Below, in pieces: positions 55,422-64,000 of a stretch of DNA of 64,000 nt (the first letter of the stretch is position 1; every line of letters begins with the position of its first letter). The DNA lies in contig OY282459.1 in NCBI GenBank assembly GCA_958296285.1, forward strand, positions 1,282,762 to 1,346,761, given 5' to 3'. This DNA is from an uncultured Alphaproteobacteria bacterium. Lineage in GTDB: Bacteria > Pseudomonadota > Alphaproteobacteria > JAPOUT01 > G958296285. The translations under genes were made by a program, and so were the position numbers. The notes beneath the pieces are model-generated. The model made no database searches, was not told where the DNA came from, and saw only the letters and a list, made by a program, of their open reading frames with translations.

Positions 55422-56180
55422 TCAGCCCTTCTCCACTTGATTGTATCCGAGCTCCACCGGCGTGGATCTGCCGAAAATGGAGACCGAAACTTTTAACCGC
55501 GAGCGCTCCACATCCACATCCTCCACAACGCCGTTGAAGGAGGCGAACGGCCCGTCCGAAACGCGAACCTGCTCGCCGATGGAGAAAATGACCGAAGGGC
55601 GGGGTCTGTCCACGCCCTGCCGCATCTGCCCCAAGATTCTATCCACCTCGCCCTGCGACAGAGGCTGCGGGGAATCGGCGTCCCCCAAAAAGCCCGTCAC
55701 GCGAGGCAGATTGCGTATGAAATGCTGCGTCTCTCCGTTCATCTCCATTTTTAGAAGCAGATAGCCAGGGAACAATTTGCGCTTGACCTCTTTATTTTGC
55801 CCGCGCCGCATCTCCAGCACTTCCTCCACAGGCACGAGCATTTCGTCAAAATACTCCGCCAAGCCTTGAGGAACCATGCGCTCCTTTATGGTGTCGCAGA
55901 CGCGCTGCTCAAAATTGGATTGCGTATGCACGATATACCACGCCTTCTTCTCGTCTTGATCTTCGCCGTCAGGCTTGTTGCCCGCAGGTTCGCCCGAGGG
56001 CTCGCCGCCGGCAGGCTTGCCGCCGGCAGGTTCGCCCGAGAGCTCGCCAGAGGGTTCGCCGCCGGCAGGTTCGCCGCCAGCAGGCTCGCCCGAGGGCTCG
56101 CCGCCGGCAGGCTCGCCCGAGAGCTCGCCGCCTGCGGCTTCGCTCGGCAGTTCTTTCTCAACCTTATCGCTGTCGGTCAT
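55422..56180 (-). CDS. nusG: transcription termination/antitermination factor NusG with ~80-aa acidic ([10 protein letters not shown])n N-terminal repeat extension
   Basis: NGN core [17 protein letters not shown] and KOW motif. Start at MTDSDK; the ORF-track upstream Gly/Phe-rich extension is rejected. Confidence 0.9.
   Translation of the reverse strand: MTDSDKVEKELPSEAAGGELSGEPAGGEPSGEPAGGEPAGGEPSGELSGEPAGGKPAGGEPSGEPAGNKPDGEDQDEKKAWYIVHTQSNFEQRVCDTIKERMVPQGLAEYFDEMLVPVEEVLEMRRGQNKEVKRKLFPGYLLLKMEMNGETQHFIRNLPRVTGFLGDADSPQPLSQGEVDRILGQMRQGVDRPRPSVIFSIGEQVRVSDGPFASFNGVVEDVDVERSRLKVSVSIFGRSTPVELGYNQVEKG
55975..56160. repeat. in-frame 15-nt tandem repeat array inside the nusG 5' region, encoding ([10 protein letters not shown])n
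   Basis: Direct repeats ggttcgcccgagggctcgccgccggcaggc... visible in the sequence. Confidence 0.8.
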
Positions 56181-56194
56181 GCTCTCTCTTCCCT

Positions 56195-56482
56195 TCAAGC
56201 GAAAACCCGCAGGATATAGCCCACCGCCGAAGACAGAATCTGATCCGCCAAGAAAAAAAACACCGCCGCCAAAAAAACCATGATGAAAACCATCACCGTC
56301 GTGACAACCGTCTCGCTCCGCGTGGGCCAAGTGACGCGCGCGGCTTCGGAGCGCACCTCGCGCAGAAAAATGAGCGGATTGCTCTTTTTCTTCGGCTCTT
56401 GAGGCGGCGGCGCGAGAGCCTCGCGCTCATCATGCCTCATAGAGGCGAGCCTCTTTTTCGCGGTTGATGCCATAGATTCCAT
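56195..56482 (-). CDS. secE: preprotein translocase subunit SecE
   Basis: C-terminal motif EVRSEAARVTWPTRSETVVTTVMVFIMV. Exact start uncertain. Confidence 0.88.
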   Translation of the reverse strand: MESMASTAKKRLASMRHDEREALAPPPQEPKKKSNPLIFLREVRSEAARVTWPTRSETVVTTVMVFIMVFLAAVFFFLADQILSSAVGYILRVFA

Positions 56483-56517
56483 TTCAATCGGACAATCCCA
56501 AGCGCGTTGGGCAGGGG

Positions 56518-56591
56518 CAGGAGTGGAGGGACTCGAACCCCCAACCCCCGGTTTTGGAGACCGGCGCTCTAACCAGTTGAGCTACACTCCT
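56518..56591 (-). tRNA. tRNA-Trp (anticodon CCA); 3' CCA not encoded
   Basis: Reverse complement AGGAGTGTAGCTCAACTGGTTAGAGCGCCGGTCTCCAAAACCGG...CACTCCTG. Typical tuf-tRNA-Trp-secE-nusG context. Confidence 0.85.
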
Positions 56592-57782
56592 TCAGGCAAG
56601 CACCTTGGATACCACGCCCGCGCCGATCGTCTTGCCGCCTTCGCGGATGGCGAAGCGGAGCTTCTCGTTCATCGCGATGGGCGCGATGAGTTCCACTTCC
56701 ATTTGGGCGTTGTCGCCGGGCATGATCATCTCCGTGCCTTTCGGGAGGGTGATCGTGCCTGTGACGTCGGTCGTGCGGAAGTAGAACTGCGGACGATAAT
56801 TGCTGAAGAACGGCTTATGCCGTCCGCCCTCCTCCTTATTGAGGATATAGGCTTCGGCTTTGAACTTGGTGTGCGGCGTGACTGTCCCCGGCGCCGAGAG
56901 AACTTGTCCGCGCTCCACGGCTTCGCGCTCCACGCCCCGCAGCAGCACGCCGACATTGTCTCCCGCCTCGCCCTGATCCAGAAGTTTGCGGAACATTTCC
57001 ACGCCTGTGCAGGTCGTCTTGCTCGTATCTTTAAGCCCGACAATCTCAATTTCCTCGCCGACCTTGACCACGCCCTGCTCAATGCGCCCCGTCACGACCG
57101 TCCCGCGCCCCGATATGGAGAAGACGTCTTCTATCGGCATCAGGAAGGGCTGATTTTTCGGGCGATCAGGCTGAGGAATCGTGGAATCCACGGCTTCCAT
57201 CAATTTGAAGATGGAGTCTTTGGCGTTTTCGCCATCCTTGCCTTCCAGCGCTTGGAGCGCCGAGCCTTTGATGATCGGGATGTCGTCCCCCGGGAACTCG
57301 TAATTGGAGAGAAGCTCGCGCACTTCCACTTCCACCAGTTCCAGCAATTCGGGATCGTCCACCTGATCCACTTTGTTCAGATAGACGACAAGGGCAGGCA
57401 CGCCGACCTGTCGCGCGAGGAGGATATGCTCGCGCGTCTGCGGCATCGGCCCGTCGGCGGCGGAGACCACGAGAATCCCGCCATCCATTTGCGCCGCGCC
57501 TGTGATCATGTTTTTGACATAGTCGGCATGTCCCGGGCAATCCACATGGGCATAGTGGCGTTTTTCGGTTTCGTACTCCACATGGGCGGTGGAGATGGTG
57601 ATTCCGCGCTCTTTTTCTTCCGGCGCGTTGTCTATCTCCTCATAGGCGGAGAATTCCGCGCCGCCTTTCTCAGACAGCACTTTGGTGATCGCGGCGGTGA
57701 GGGTTGTTTTGCCGTGATCCACATGGCCTATCGTTCCGATGTTGCAGTGCGGTTTATTGCGCTGGAATTTTTCTTTCGCCAT
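56592..57782 (-). CDS. tuf: elongation factor Tu
   Basis: [32 protein letters not shown], 396 aa. Confidence 0.98.
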   Translation of the reverse strand: MAKEKFQRNKPHCNIGTIGHVDHGKTTLTAAITKVLSEKGGAEFSAYEEIDNAPEEKERGITISTAHVEYETEKRHYAHVDCPGHADYVKNMITGAAQMDGGILVVSAADGPMPQTREHILLARQVGVPALVVYLNKVDQVDDPELLELVEVEVRELLSNYEFPGDDIPIIKGSALQALEGKDGENAKDSIFKLMEAVDSTIPQPDRPKNQPFLMPIEDVFSISGRGTVVTGRIEQGVVKVGEEIEIVGLKDTSKTTCTGVEMFRKLLDQGEAGDNVGVLLRGVEREAVERGQVLSAPGTVTPHTKFKAEAYILNKEEGGRHKPFFSNYRPQFYFRTTDVTGTITLPKGTEMIMPGDNAQMEVELIAPIAMNEKLRFAIREGGKTIGAGVVSKVLA

Positions 57783-57834
57783 GATGTCTCCTCGTGGTTG
57801 GCGTTTGACGTGGTTCCTTCACGGAGCGGGTGAA

Positions 57835-57905
57835 GGGAATCGAACCCTCGTCTTCAGCTTGGAAGGCTGCGGCTCTACCATTGAGCTACACCCGCCGTGT
57901 GAAAG
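57835..57905 (-). tRNA. tRNA-Gly (anticodon UCC)
   Basis: Reverse complement GCGGGTGTAGCTCAATGGTAGAGCCGCAGCCTTCCAAGCTG...TTCGATTCCCTTCACCCGCT. Confidence 0.8.
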
Positions 57906-57970
57906 CGCGCTTCCTCCTTGTTTTCCGCGTTTCTTCGCGCCATGGCTTGGGCGTCCTGTGTGGTGGAGGG

Positions 57971-58055
57971 GGTTGGATTCGAACCAACGTAGGCATAGCC
58001 AACGGGTTTACAGCCCGTCCCCTTTAACCGCTCGGGCACCCCTCCTTTCACGCGA
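57971..58055 (-). tRNA. tRNA-Tyr (anticodon GUA), long variable arm, CCA encoded
   Basis: Reverse complement GGAGGGGTGCCCGAGCGGTTAAAGGGGACGGGCTGTAAACCCG...GGTTCGAATCCAACCCCCTCCACCA. Confidence 0.85.
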
Positions 58056-58253
58056 CCGCGACAGACAAGCCTTCCGCGCGAAACGAGAGCGCCACGGATG
58101 TAAGGCAAAGTTTCTCCCGCATTTGGACTGAGTGATGCCAATGATGTGCAAAGAACCGCTCTCCGCCGCGGGTCATTCCGGGCAGATGGCGAAAAATAGA
58201 ACGATTCGGCTATGTCTTGCAAGAGTTTTTTTAACGCTCGCGGGGATTAAATT

Positions 58254-61200
58254 TCAAAATGCTCCTGCAACGCCAAAACGAATGAAACGATCCGAAGAGC
58301 CTCTGATATGCCCCGCTTCCCTATGCCAGCCCGCCGAAATCTTCATAGAAACCCCATCCGACAACGGCTTGACATAAAGCGCCTCCAAGTGAATCGCCCG
58401 CCCGGAAGGTTTTAAAGACCCCTCTGCCCTCTGATCAATGAGAGACCCGTCTCGGCGGCGGGAAACGGCGTAATCCAAGGCGAAGCCGCCCTTCTCCACC
58501 CGCAAAGGCTGACGCGCGCGCAGGGCGATCCAATCTTCCTGCGAGAAAACGCCGCGCTTGCCCAAGCCCGCCGTGAAAGCGCTCATCACGATCGGGCCTT
58601 TTAACGACAAAAGCGAAACGCCGTCAATCTTCGGCGACATGAAGCCCGCCTCGGCGCTGATAAAGAGATGCCAGCCGCGCGCGAGCGCCTTCTCATGCGA
58701 GACGCCAAAAAACCAATTTTCTCGCGCGCCGTCCGCATGGAACGCGCCATCGCTCCAGCCCCCCAAAAGCCGATCTTCCTCGCGCAAAAGTCCGGCATGA
58801 AGATTCCAGCCCTCCCAAGCGAAATGCGCCAGCAAAGCGTATGAGGCTTTTTCTTCGCGGCTCGCGTCCCGCGCGTGATCCTGCCAGAGAGGCTTGCCTG
58901 AAAAAAGACCAAGATTCATAGAATAATCGCCGCCCTCCCAAGACAGCCCCGCGCCCACGCCATCGGCGATCAAAGAAAAATGCGCCGGAGACCTCTCGCG
59001 CCAAAGAGGCGACCGCGTCTCCGCCGCCATCAGAGCGGCGGGATGCTGAATGCCGAAAACCCGCGCCCCCAAAAGACGATAAGGCTCAACGCGGCGCTTC
59101 GCGCCGAGCGGTCTCAGAAAATCCCCCATCGCGTCAGGCGCGGCAAGGCTGAAATAACGACCAAGAGACGAATAAAAGGGCGCGCTCAACGCGTCAAACC
59201 GCGCGATGATCCTGCCCCGCAAAGCGCGGGCGAGACTGTCGCCGAGAGCCGGCGGCGCGACAAAGAAACTCTCCGCCGACAAAAAGGACGCTCTTGAGCC
59301 GCCCGCCCCCGCCGCCCCGCTCATGGAAGTCGCGCCGACAGGACGAGTCGCGGCGTCTATGTCTAAAAGCCCATGCCCGTAAATGTCGCTGTCGGCATAG
59401 ATGCCGGAACTGTCCGCCGTCTGCAGCAGACGCCATGCCAATTCCGGCGCGCCCATCGTGTCGCCGAAGGCTTCCATCAGGATCGCCAAAGCGCCCGCCA
59501 CATGCGGCGCGGCGAAAGAGGTGCCTTGCACAAGAACATCCGCGCGATCCGTGCCTTTCGCCGACACGCCTTCTCCGAAAGCGGCGAGACACCACTCCTT
59601 CGCATGACCGCATTTGTGATAGTTCGGAATAAGAGCCCCTGCCGTGTAGCGGGTTCTCGCTTCATTCAGAACCCTCCGCAGGGCGACAACGGCGAGGATC
59701 AGAGGCCTGTTCCTGTCCGCGCCGAGAAGATCGGGGAAATAGAAGGGCGTGTCGGAGAAGAGTCGGGGATGATCTTCATCCCAGCCGGGCCCTATAATCA
59801 TCCCTTCAGGGTTTCGAATATCCTCTGCGATATTCCCTGCGGAATAGACATAGACCGTCCTGTCCTCTTCGGGCGTATCATTTTGGCGGAAGACCTCATA
59901 ATAGTTGATGCTCGGGTTATTGATTCTTGCCTTTATCCTCGCTATCTCGCTTTCGGTGGCGGTCTCATAGTCGGCGATCACAATTTGCGTGATACCGTCA
60001 AAGAAGAGGATAGACTGGCTGACATTGACGATCTTCACATGATTTTGGAAATAGGCGAGACCGCTGGTGCTGGCCGTTGTTCCTGAATGGAGGAGAATCT
60101 TGGCGTTGAAAGCGATTCCATGAAAATCGGTGAGGCTGCCGCCGGCATCCCCCCTCTTCGCCGCGACAACGCCGCTCACGTGATTCCCATGCAGCAAAGT
60201 GATGCCGCTGTTCATGCCCACCAAGATTTCGCAATCTGTCGCGCTCGCGACCGTGCCGGCGGCAGGGCAATTCCTCACGCGGATCAGATCGGTATAAAGA
60301 CCATCGCTCGCCTGCGCATCGGTCAGAAGCGTCCGCCCTGCAGGAAGGCGGAATTGTTGGGCTGTGATCGTCGTTTCCATGGTGACGGGATCGGTGTTCG
60401 TTTCGCCTATCGCGCAATTGGTCGTTGTCGGCGTGGTGACGTCGGCGGGATTGAGCGCCGCGCCGGTGCAATTGTCCGCCGGCAGATAATATCTGTCCAC
60501 GCCCAACACTCCCCTGTCATGGGCGACGGTGAGCCTGCCGGCATAAGCGTTCACGAGAGAGGCGTCCCAGAGATGTCCCTCCAGCACGCCGACCGTCTGC
60601 CCCGCGCCGGTGAAGCCTCGCGCATAGGCTTCGGCGGCGCCGGACGCCTCAAAGCCGGGCTGCGTGCGATATTCCTGCGTCCTCCAAAAAACCGCCGAGC
60701 GAGAGAGCGTAGGCACGGTGATGCTCCAAACCTTCTGCGTGGCGTGTTTTGTCAGCGTGAAGCCGCCTAGAGTCGTGAGATCGCCCACGGTGAAGGTTCC
60801 CGTCCCGGTGAAAAGATTGATGACCGTCCCTGAGGCGGTGCTGGAGGGAAGGCTTACGCGGAGATTCCCCTTCAACGTCACATTCGCCGCGCCGAAATCA
60901 AGAAGCGCGGTCGCGCCTGACGGAAGGACGCGAATCTGAAAGGTCAGTTCGCCGCCGTCATTTTGCAAAAAAGTCTCCAAACCCTGAATCGCGAGCCTGC
61001 TGCCCATGATCCGAAGGTTCAGATCGCCGCTGTTGGTGAAACTGTCGCCCGTGCCGCCGCCGAAATTGGCATTGGCGGTCAGAGTCATGCGGGCGTCCGC
61101 CATATTGGTGACCGTGTCGCTGCCCGCGCCGAGGTCAAAGCCGCCGATGAAAGCGCCGTGATTGTTAAAAACATCCGCCGCGCCGCTCGCCGTGATGCTG

Positions 61201-63992
61201 GAGGAGCCGGCGTCCAAAATGCCGCGATTCGTGATTGTCCCCTTCCGATTGCCTGTGATCAAGACAGGATAGTCTCGCCTCTCGCCCGCTGGAATCTCTA
61301 TCGTGTAATCGCCGAGCGTGAAGAAGTAAGCGCTGCCGCGCGGGTTCTTCATCAGCGTCCCGCCCCGCACAGTGAGATTCGCCTGATCAATGCCGAATGA
61401 GGTTGAAGCGAAAAACAGCCGCAGCACAGGCGCTGTCCCGGTGAAGTCGCCCGTGAGAACATCCAGCTCGCCGCCTGCGAAATTGAAAAACGCGCCTTGG
61501 AAATCCACGAACTCATATCTTGTCGGCAGAGTGTCAATATCAATATCCCGCAGATCAAAAATCAACTTGCCGCCGGCATTCTGCATGAAAAGTCCCAAAT
61601 TTGACACAACAATGCTCCTCATGCGGAGAGCCACGCTGCTCGGCTTGAAAATGAGCCTTCCTGTATTGTTGATACTGTCAAAATCGTCTGCGCCGAACGC
61701 AAGACCGCCCGAGACCGTCATGACTCCGCCAGCCTCGTTCAGCAGATTGTCGTTTCCTGGGCCGAACTCCACGACCGATGAGATTGACATAATGCCGCCG
61801 GACTTGTTCTCAAGCCTGTCGTCCCCGGTGTCAAAATCCACGCCGGAGGAGATCGTCATCATTCCGCCGTCTTCGTTCCGCGCGAGATCGTTCCCGCCAG
61901 CCAACTCAAAAATGCCGCTAAAAGTTCCGTGATTGATCAAATGATCCTCCGAATTTCCAGAGCTCGTCAGATCGCCGGTGAGCGTCCCGCGCACCGTGAT
62001 CCGCGCGCGCCGAGGAGAAGGGACGGTGATGTCAAGAGCGCTGGTCTCGCCTAACGGAATCGTCTTAGTGAAATCCGGCGTGAAGAGAAGCAGATTGCTG
62101 CCTGTCGACAATACGCCGTTTTCTGCCGTCAGACTGTCCGCGCTGATCGTCCCTGTGCTTCGTAAAAGAGTGATTGTCGTCAGCGTGTCGGGAATCGTCC
62201 CCGTTTTGACCTCCAGCGTTCCGGCGAGCGTCAGCGCCGCGCTTCCGAAATCCACATAGGCGTCGTCGGCGGGCGGCGTGGAAAGGTCTCTTTCCGTCAG
62301 ATCAAGAATCAGCGCGCCGCCCGCCCTTTGCGTGAAGGTTTCCAAACCCGAAACGGCAAGAGCCGGATCGCCGCTAAAAATCTTAAAAGTCACAGTTCCG
62401 TCATTCCTAAAACTGTCGCTCCCTGATCCGAAAGTGATGCCCCCATCAAAACTCATCATGCCGCCCGCCCTGTTCCGCAGATTGTCGCTGCCGCCTCCCA
62501 AATTGAACTCTTGATCCCATGTTCCGTAATTATCCACCGTGTCATCGGCGCTCCCGGCGGTGATCCCGCCATTGAGCGTGCCGCGAATCGTGATTGTCGT
62601 CTTGCGATTGCCGGAGACACTGATACTCGCGCTGCGGGTCGTGCCGACAGGAATCTCTATCTCCAAGTCCGGCGCGAAGGTTCTTATCGTGGAGTCCGTG
62701 CCGTGCTCCTCCAGCCGACCGCCTTGAACCGTCAGACTGTCTGTCGTGATCGTCCCGGAACTTTGGAAAAGATTAATCGCCCCCAGCGTTTCGGGAACCG
62801 TCCCCAGATTGACTTGGAGCGTCCCGGCGAGCGTGATCGTGGAATCTCCGAAATCCACGACGATGCCGTTTGGATTCGCCGCGAGATCCACCGAGCTCAA
62901 ATCAAAAATCAGAGTGCCGCCGCCATTTTGCGCCAAAATCTCCATATTGCTGAGCGCGAAATTGCTGTCCAGAAAAAAGGTCAGAGTTCCGTTGTTGGTG
63001 AGATTGTCGGTGCCGCCTCCCAAATCGGAAGCGCCGGCGAGACTCACCGCGCCATTGTTCGTCAATCTGTCGCTGCCGTCGCCTAGATTGATATTGCCGC
63101 TCATGCTGCCGCCCGCTTGAATCGTGATCATGTCGGCTTCCTCCGATCCGATGACGCCGCCATTAAGCCGTCCCGCCACCTGAATTCGTCCGGCGCGTCC
63201 GTGAGGCACCCGCACCGCTTCGGTTCTGGTTGTCGCGGCGGCGACGGTGAGATCGTAATTCGGATCCAGCGTCAAACTGAAAACTCCGCCGGAGACCGAA
63301 AAATCATAGTCCCCGATAATGGAAAGGCCTGTCGTCCTGATCGCGCCCGAACTGCGGAAGAGATTGACGATCCTCCTCATGCGCGTCCAAGACGCCCAAT
63401 CCACCTGCAGCGTCCCTTCAAGGGTGAGCGCCGCGCTTCCGAAATCCACGACCGCGCCCGAGGGGAGGCTCGTCAGATCAATGTCAAAGACGAGCCTGCC
63501 CGTTGAGGTCTGCCGAAAAACCTCCAAGCCGCTTATCCCGAAATTTTCCTCCGAGATTCGCAGGGTCAGAGTTCCGCTGTTCGTCAGAGCGTCTGACGAT
63601 CCGCCGCCAAAGTCGGAACTCCCGACCAAAGTCGTTCTGCCGTTATTCGTGAATCTGTCATTCCCGTCTCCGAAAGAGAGAGTGCCGACCATTTCTCCGT
63701 TTCTGACCACTGTCGCGCGATCCGCCTCGCCCGCCCCCATAATGTTGGCGGCGAGCGTTCCGAGAACCTCTATTGTGCCCTCCTGTCCTTGAGGCACGGT
63801 GATGGGGAGCGTCCGAGAATCCCCCGCCGCCACCGTGAACGAAAAGGAAGGGGCAGGCGGGGGCGTCACCGGCGGAGAGGGGGGCGAAGGCTGAGACGGC
63901 GAAGGCGTCCCGCCGCCTCCATCACCGCCGCCGCTCGTATCGCCTCCGCCGCCGCCCCCGCTGCACGCCCCTAAGACGCAGACCAGAGCCAA
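58254..63992 (-). CDS. large surface lipoprotein-type autotransporter: lipobox signal, ~1100-aa beta-helical repeat passenger, S8 subtilase-like domain, C-terminal beta-barrel translocator
   Basis: N-terminus MALVCVLGAC (lipobox) plus Gly/Pro-rich linker. Repeated ~150-aa modules (LTNNG..SLAGASDLGGG.DNLTNNGTLTF). S8 His motif LLHGNHVSGVVAA and Ser motif GTSFAAPHVAGALAIL. C-terminal autotransporter barrel ending ...RFGVAGAF. Confidence 0.8.
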   Translation of the reverse strand: MALVCVLGACSGGGGGGDTSGGGDGGGGTPSPSQPSPPSPPVTPPPAPSFSFTVAAGDSRTLPITVPQGQEGTIEVLGTLAANIMGAGEADRATVVRNGEMVGTLSFGDGNDRFTNNGRTTLVGSSDFGGGSSDALTNSGTLTLRISEENFGISGLEVFRQTSTGRLVFDIDLTSLPSGAVVDFGSAALTLEGTLQVDWASWTRMRRIVNLFRSSGAIRTTGLSIIGDYDFSVSGGVFSLTLDPNYDLTVAAATTRTEAVRVPHGRAGRIQVAGRLNGGVIGSEEADMITIQAGGSMSGNINLGDGSDRLTNNGAVSLAGASDLGGGTDNLTNNGTLTFFLDSNFALSNMEILAQNGGGTLIFDLSSVDLAANPNGIVVDFGDSTITLAGTLQVNLGTVPETLGAINLFQSSGTITTDSLTVQGGRLEEHGTDSTIRTFAPDLEIEIPVGTTRSASISVSGNRKTTITIRGTLNGGITAGSADDTVDNYGTWDQEFNLGGGSDNLRNRAGGMMSFDGGITFGSGSDSFRNDGTVTFKIFSGDPALAVSGLETFTQRAGGALILDLTERDLSTPPADDAYVDFGSAALTLAGTLEVKTGTIPDTLTTITLLRSTGTISADSLTAENGVLSTGSNLLLFTPDFTKTIPLGETSALDITVPSPRRARITVRGTLTGDLTSSGNSEDHLINHGTFSGIFELAGGNDLARNEDGGMMTISSGVDFDTGDDRLENKSGGIMSISSVVEFGPGNDNLLNEAGGVMTVSGGLAFGADDFDSINNTGRLIFKPSSVALRMRSIVVSNLGLFMQNAGGKLIFDLRDIDIDTLPTRYEFVDFQGAFFNFAGGELDVLTGDFTGTAPVLRLFFASTSFGIDQANLTVRGGTLMKNPRGSAYFFTLGDYTIEIPAGERRDYPVLITGNRKGTITNRGILDAGSSSITASGAADVFNNHGAFIGGFDLGAGSDTVTNMADARMTLTANANFGGGTGDSFTNSGDLNLRIMGSRLAIQGLETFLQNDGGELTFQIRVLPSGATALLDFGAANVTLKGNLRVSLPSSTASGTVINLFTGTGTFTVGDLTTLGGFTLTKHATQKVWSITVPTLSRSAVFWRTQEYRTQPGFEASGAAEAYARGFTGAGQTVGVLEGHLWDASLVNAYAGRLTVAHDRGVLGVDRYYLPADNCTGAALNPADVTTPTTTNCAIGETNTDPVTMETTITAQQFRLPAGRTLLTDAQASDGLYTDLIRVRNCPAAGTVASATDCEILVGMNSGITLLHGNHVSGVVAAKRGDAGGSLTDFHGIAFNAKILLHSGTTASTSGLAYFQNHVKIVNVSQSILFFDGITQIVIADYETATESEIARIKARINNPSINYYEVFRQNDTPEEDRTVYVYSAGNIAEDIRNPEGMIIGPGWDEDHPRLFSDTPFYFPDLLGADRNRPLILAVVALRRVLNEARTRYTAGALIPNYHKCGHAKEWCLAAFGEGVSAKGTDRADVLVQGTSFAAPHVAGALAILMEAFGDTMGAPELAWRLLQTADSSGIYADSDIYGHGLLDIDAATRPVGATSMSGAAGAGGSRASFLSAESFFVAPPALGDSLARALRGRIIARFDALSAPFYSSLGRYFSLAAPDAMGDFLRPLGAKRRVEPYRLLGARVFGIQHPAALMAAETRSPLWRERSPAHFSLIADGVGAGLSWEGGDYSMNLGLFSGKPLWQDHARDASREEKASYALLAHFAWEGWNLHAGLLREEDRLLGGWSDGAFHADGARENWFFGVSHEKALARGWHLFISAEAGFMSPKIDGVSLLSLKGPIVMSAFTAGLGKRGVFSQEDWIALRARQPLRVEKGGFALDYAVSRRRDGSLIDQRAEGSLKPSGRAIHLEALYVKPLSDGVSMKISAGWHREAGHIRGSSDRFIRFGVAGAF

Positions 63993-64000
63993 AATGCCCC

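Noticed and set aside
57906-57970. Possible third tRNA (tRNA-Thr) between tRNA-Gly and tRNA-Tyr, as in the E. coli tufB locus
   Set aside because: The 65-nt spacer does not fold into a cloverleaf and has no acceptor/T-arm motifs.

Overview
High-GC (~60-65%) alphaproteobacterial-type chromosomal segment, almost entirely core genes; no CRISPR array or IS/transposase gene found. (1) Metabolic block on the + strand: pyrG (5' partial), kdsA, eno, lipA, an SRPBCC/RatA-like gene, then cinA-like and tpiA on the - strand, ppiD, trpE, a repeat cluster, trpG-trpD-trpC-moaC-moeA, then DUF1489 and mgtE on the - strand. (2) A small anomalous islet: a DUF1640 coiled-coil gene, a GC-rich palindromic repeat cluster, a low-GC DUF4268-like gene and tRNA-Leu(GAG). 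(3) cysH, a standalone siroheme-synthase N-domain (SirC-like), lipB, pccA, pccB, rluC-like, rarA, degP. (4) A long - strand run of translation/transcription genes: rplQ-rpoA-rpsK-rpsM-adk-secY-rplO-rpmD-rpsE-rplR-rplF-rpsH-rpsN-rplE-rplX-rplN-rpsQ-rpmC-rplP-rpsC-rplV-rpsS-rplB-rplW-rplD-rplC-rpsJ, fusA-rpsG-rpsL, a low-GC DUF3800 gene wedged between rpsL and rpoC, rpoC-rpoB, rplL-rplJ-rplA-rplK-nusG-secE, tRNA-Trp, tuf, tRNA-Gly, tRNA-Tyr. (5) A 1912-aa lipoprotein-signal autotransporter with an S8 subtilase-like domain. Most unusual: three clusters of a modular GC-rich palindromic repeat family (modules X/Y/Z). One module provides identical terminal codons (GGSR-stop) to both trpE and cysH. 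Each cluster is flanked by steep, symmetric, decaying strand-composition gradients: the strand whose 3' end points at the repeat is extremely G+T-rich, strongly enough to shift codon third positions and amino-acid composition. Other notable points are the DUF3800 insertion in the rpoBC/str junction, low-complexity K/A/P-rich (L5, L30, S5, L15) or acidic-repeat (NusG, L3) extensions on translation proteins, a low-GC segment inside pyrG, and absence of tufA after fusA.
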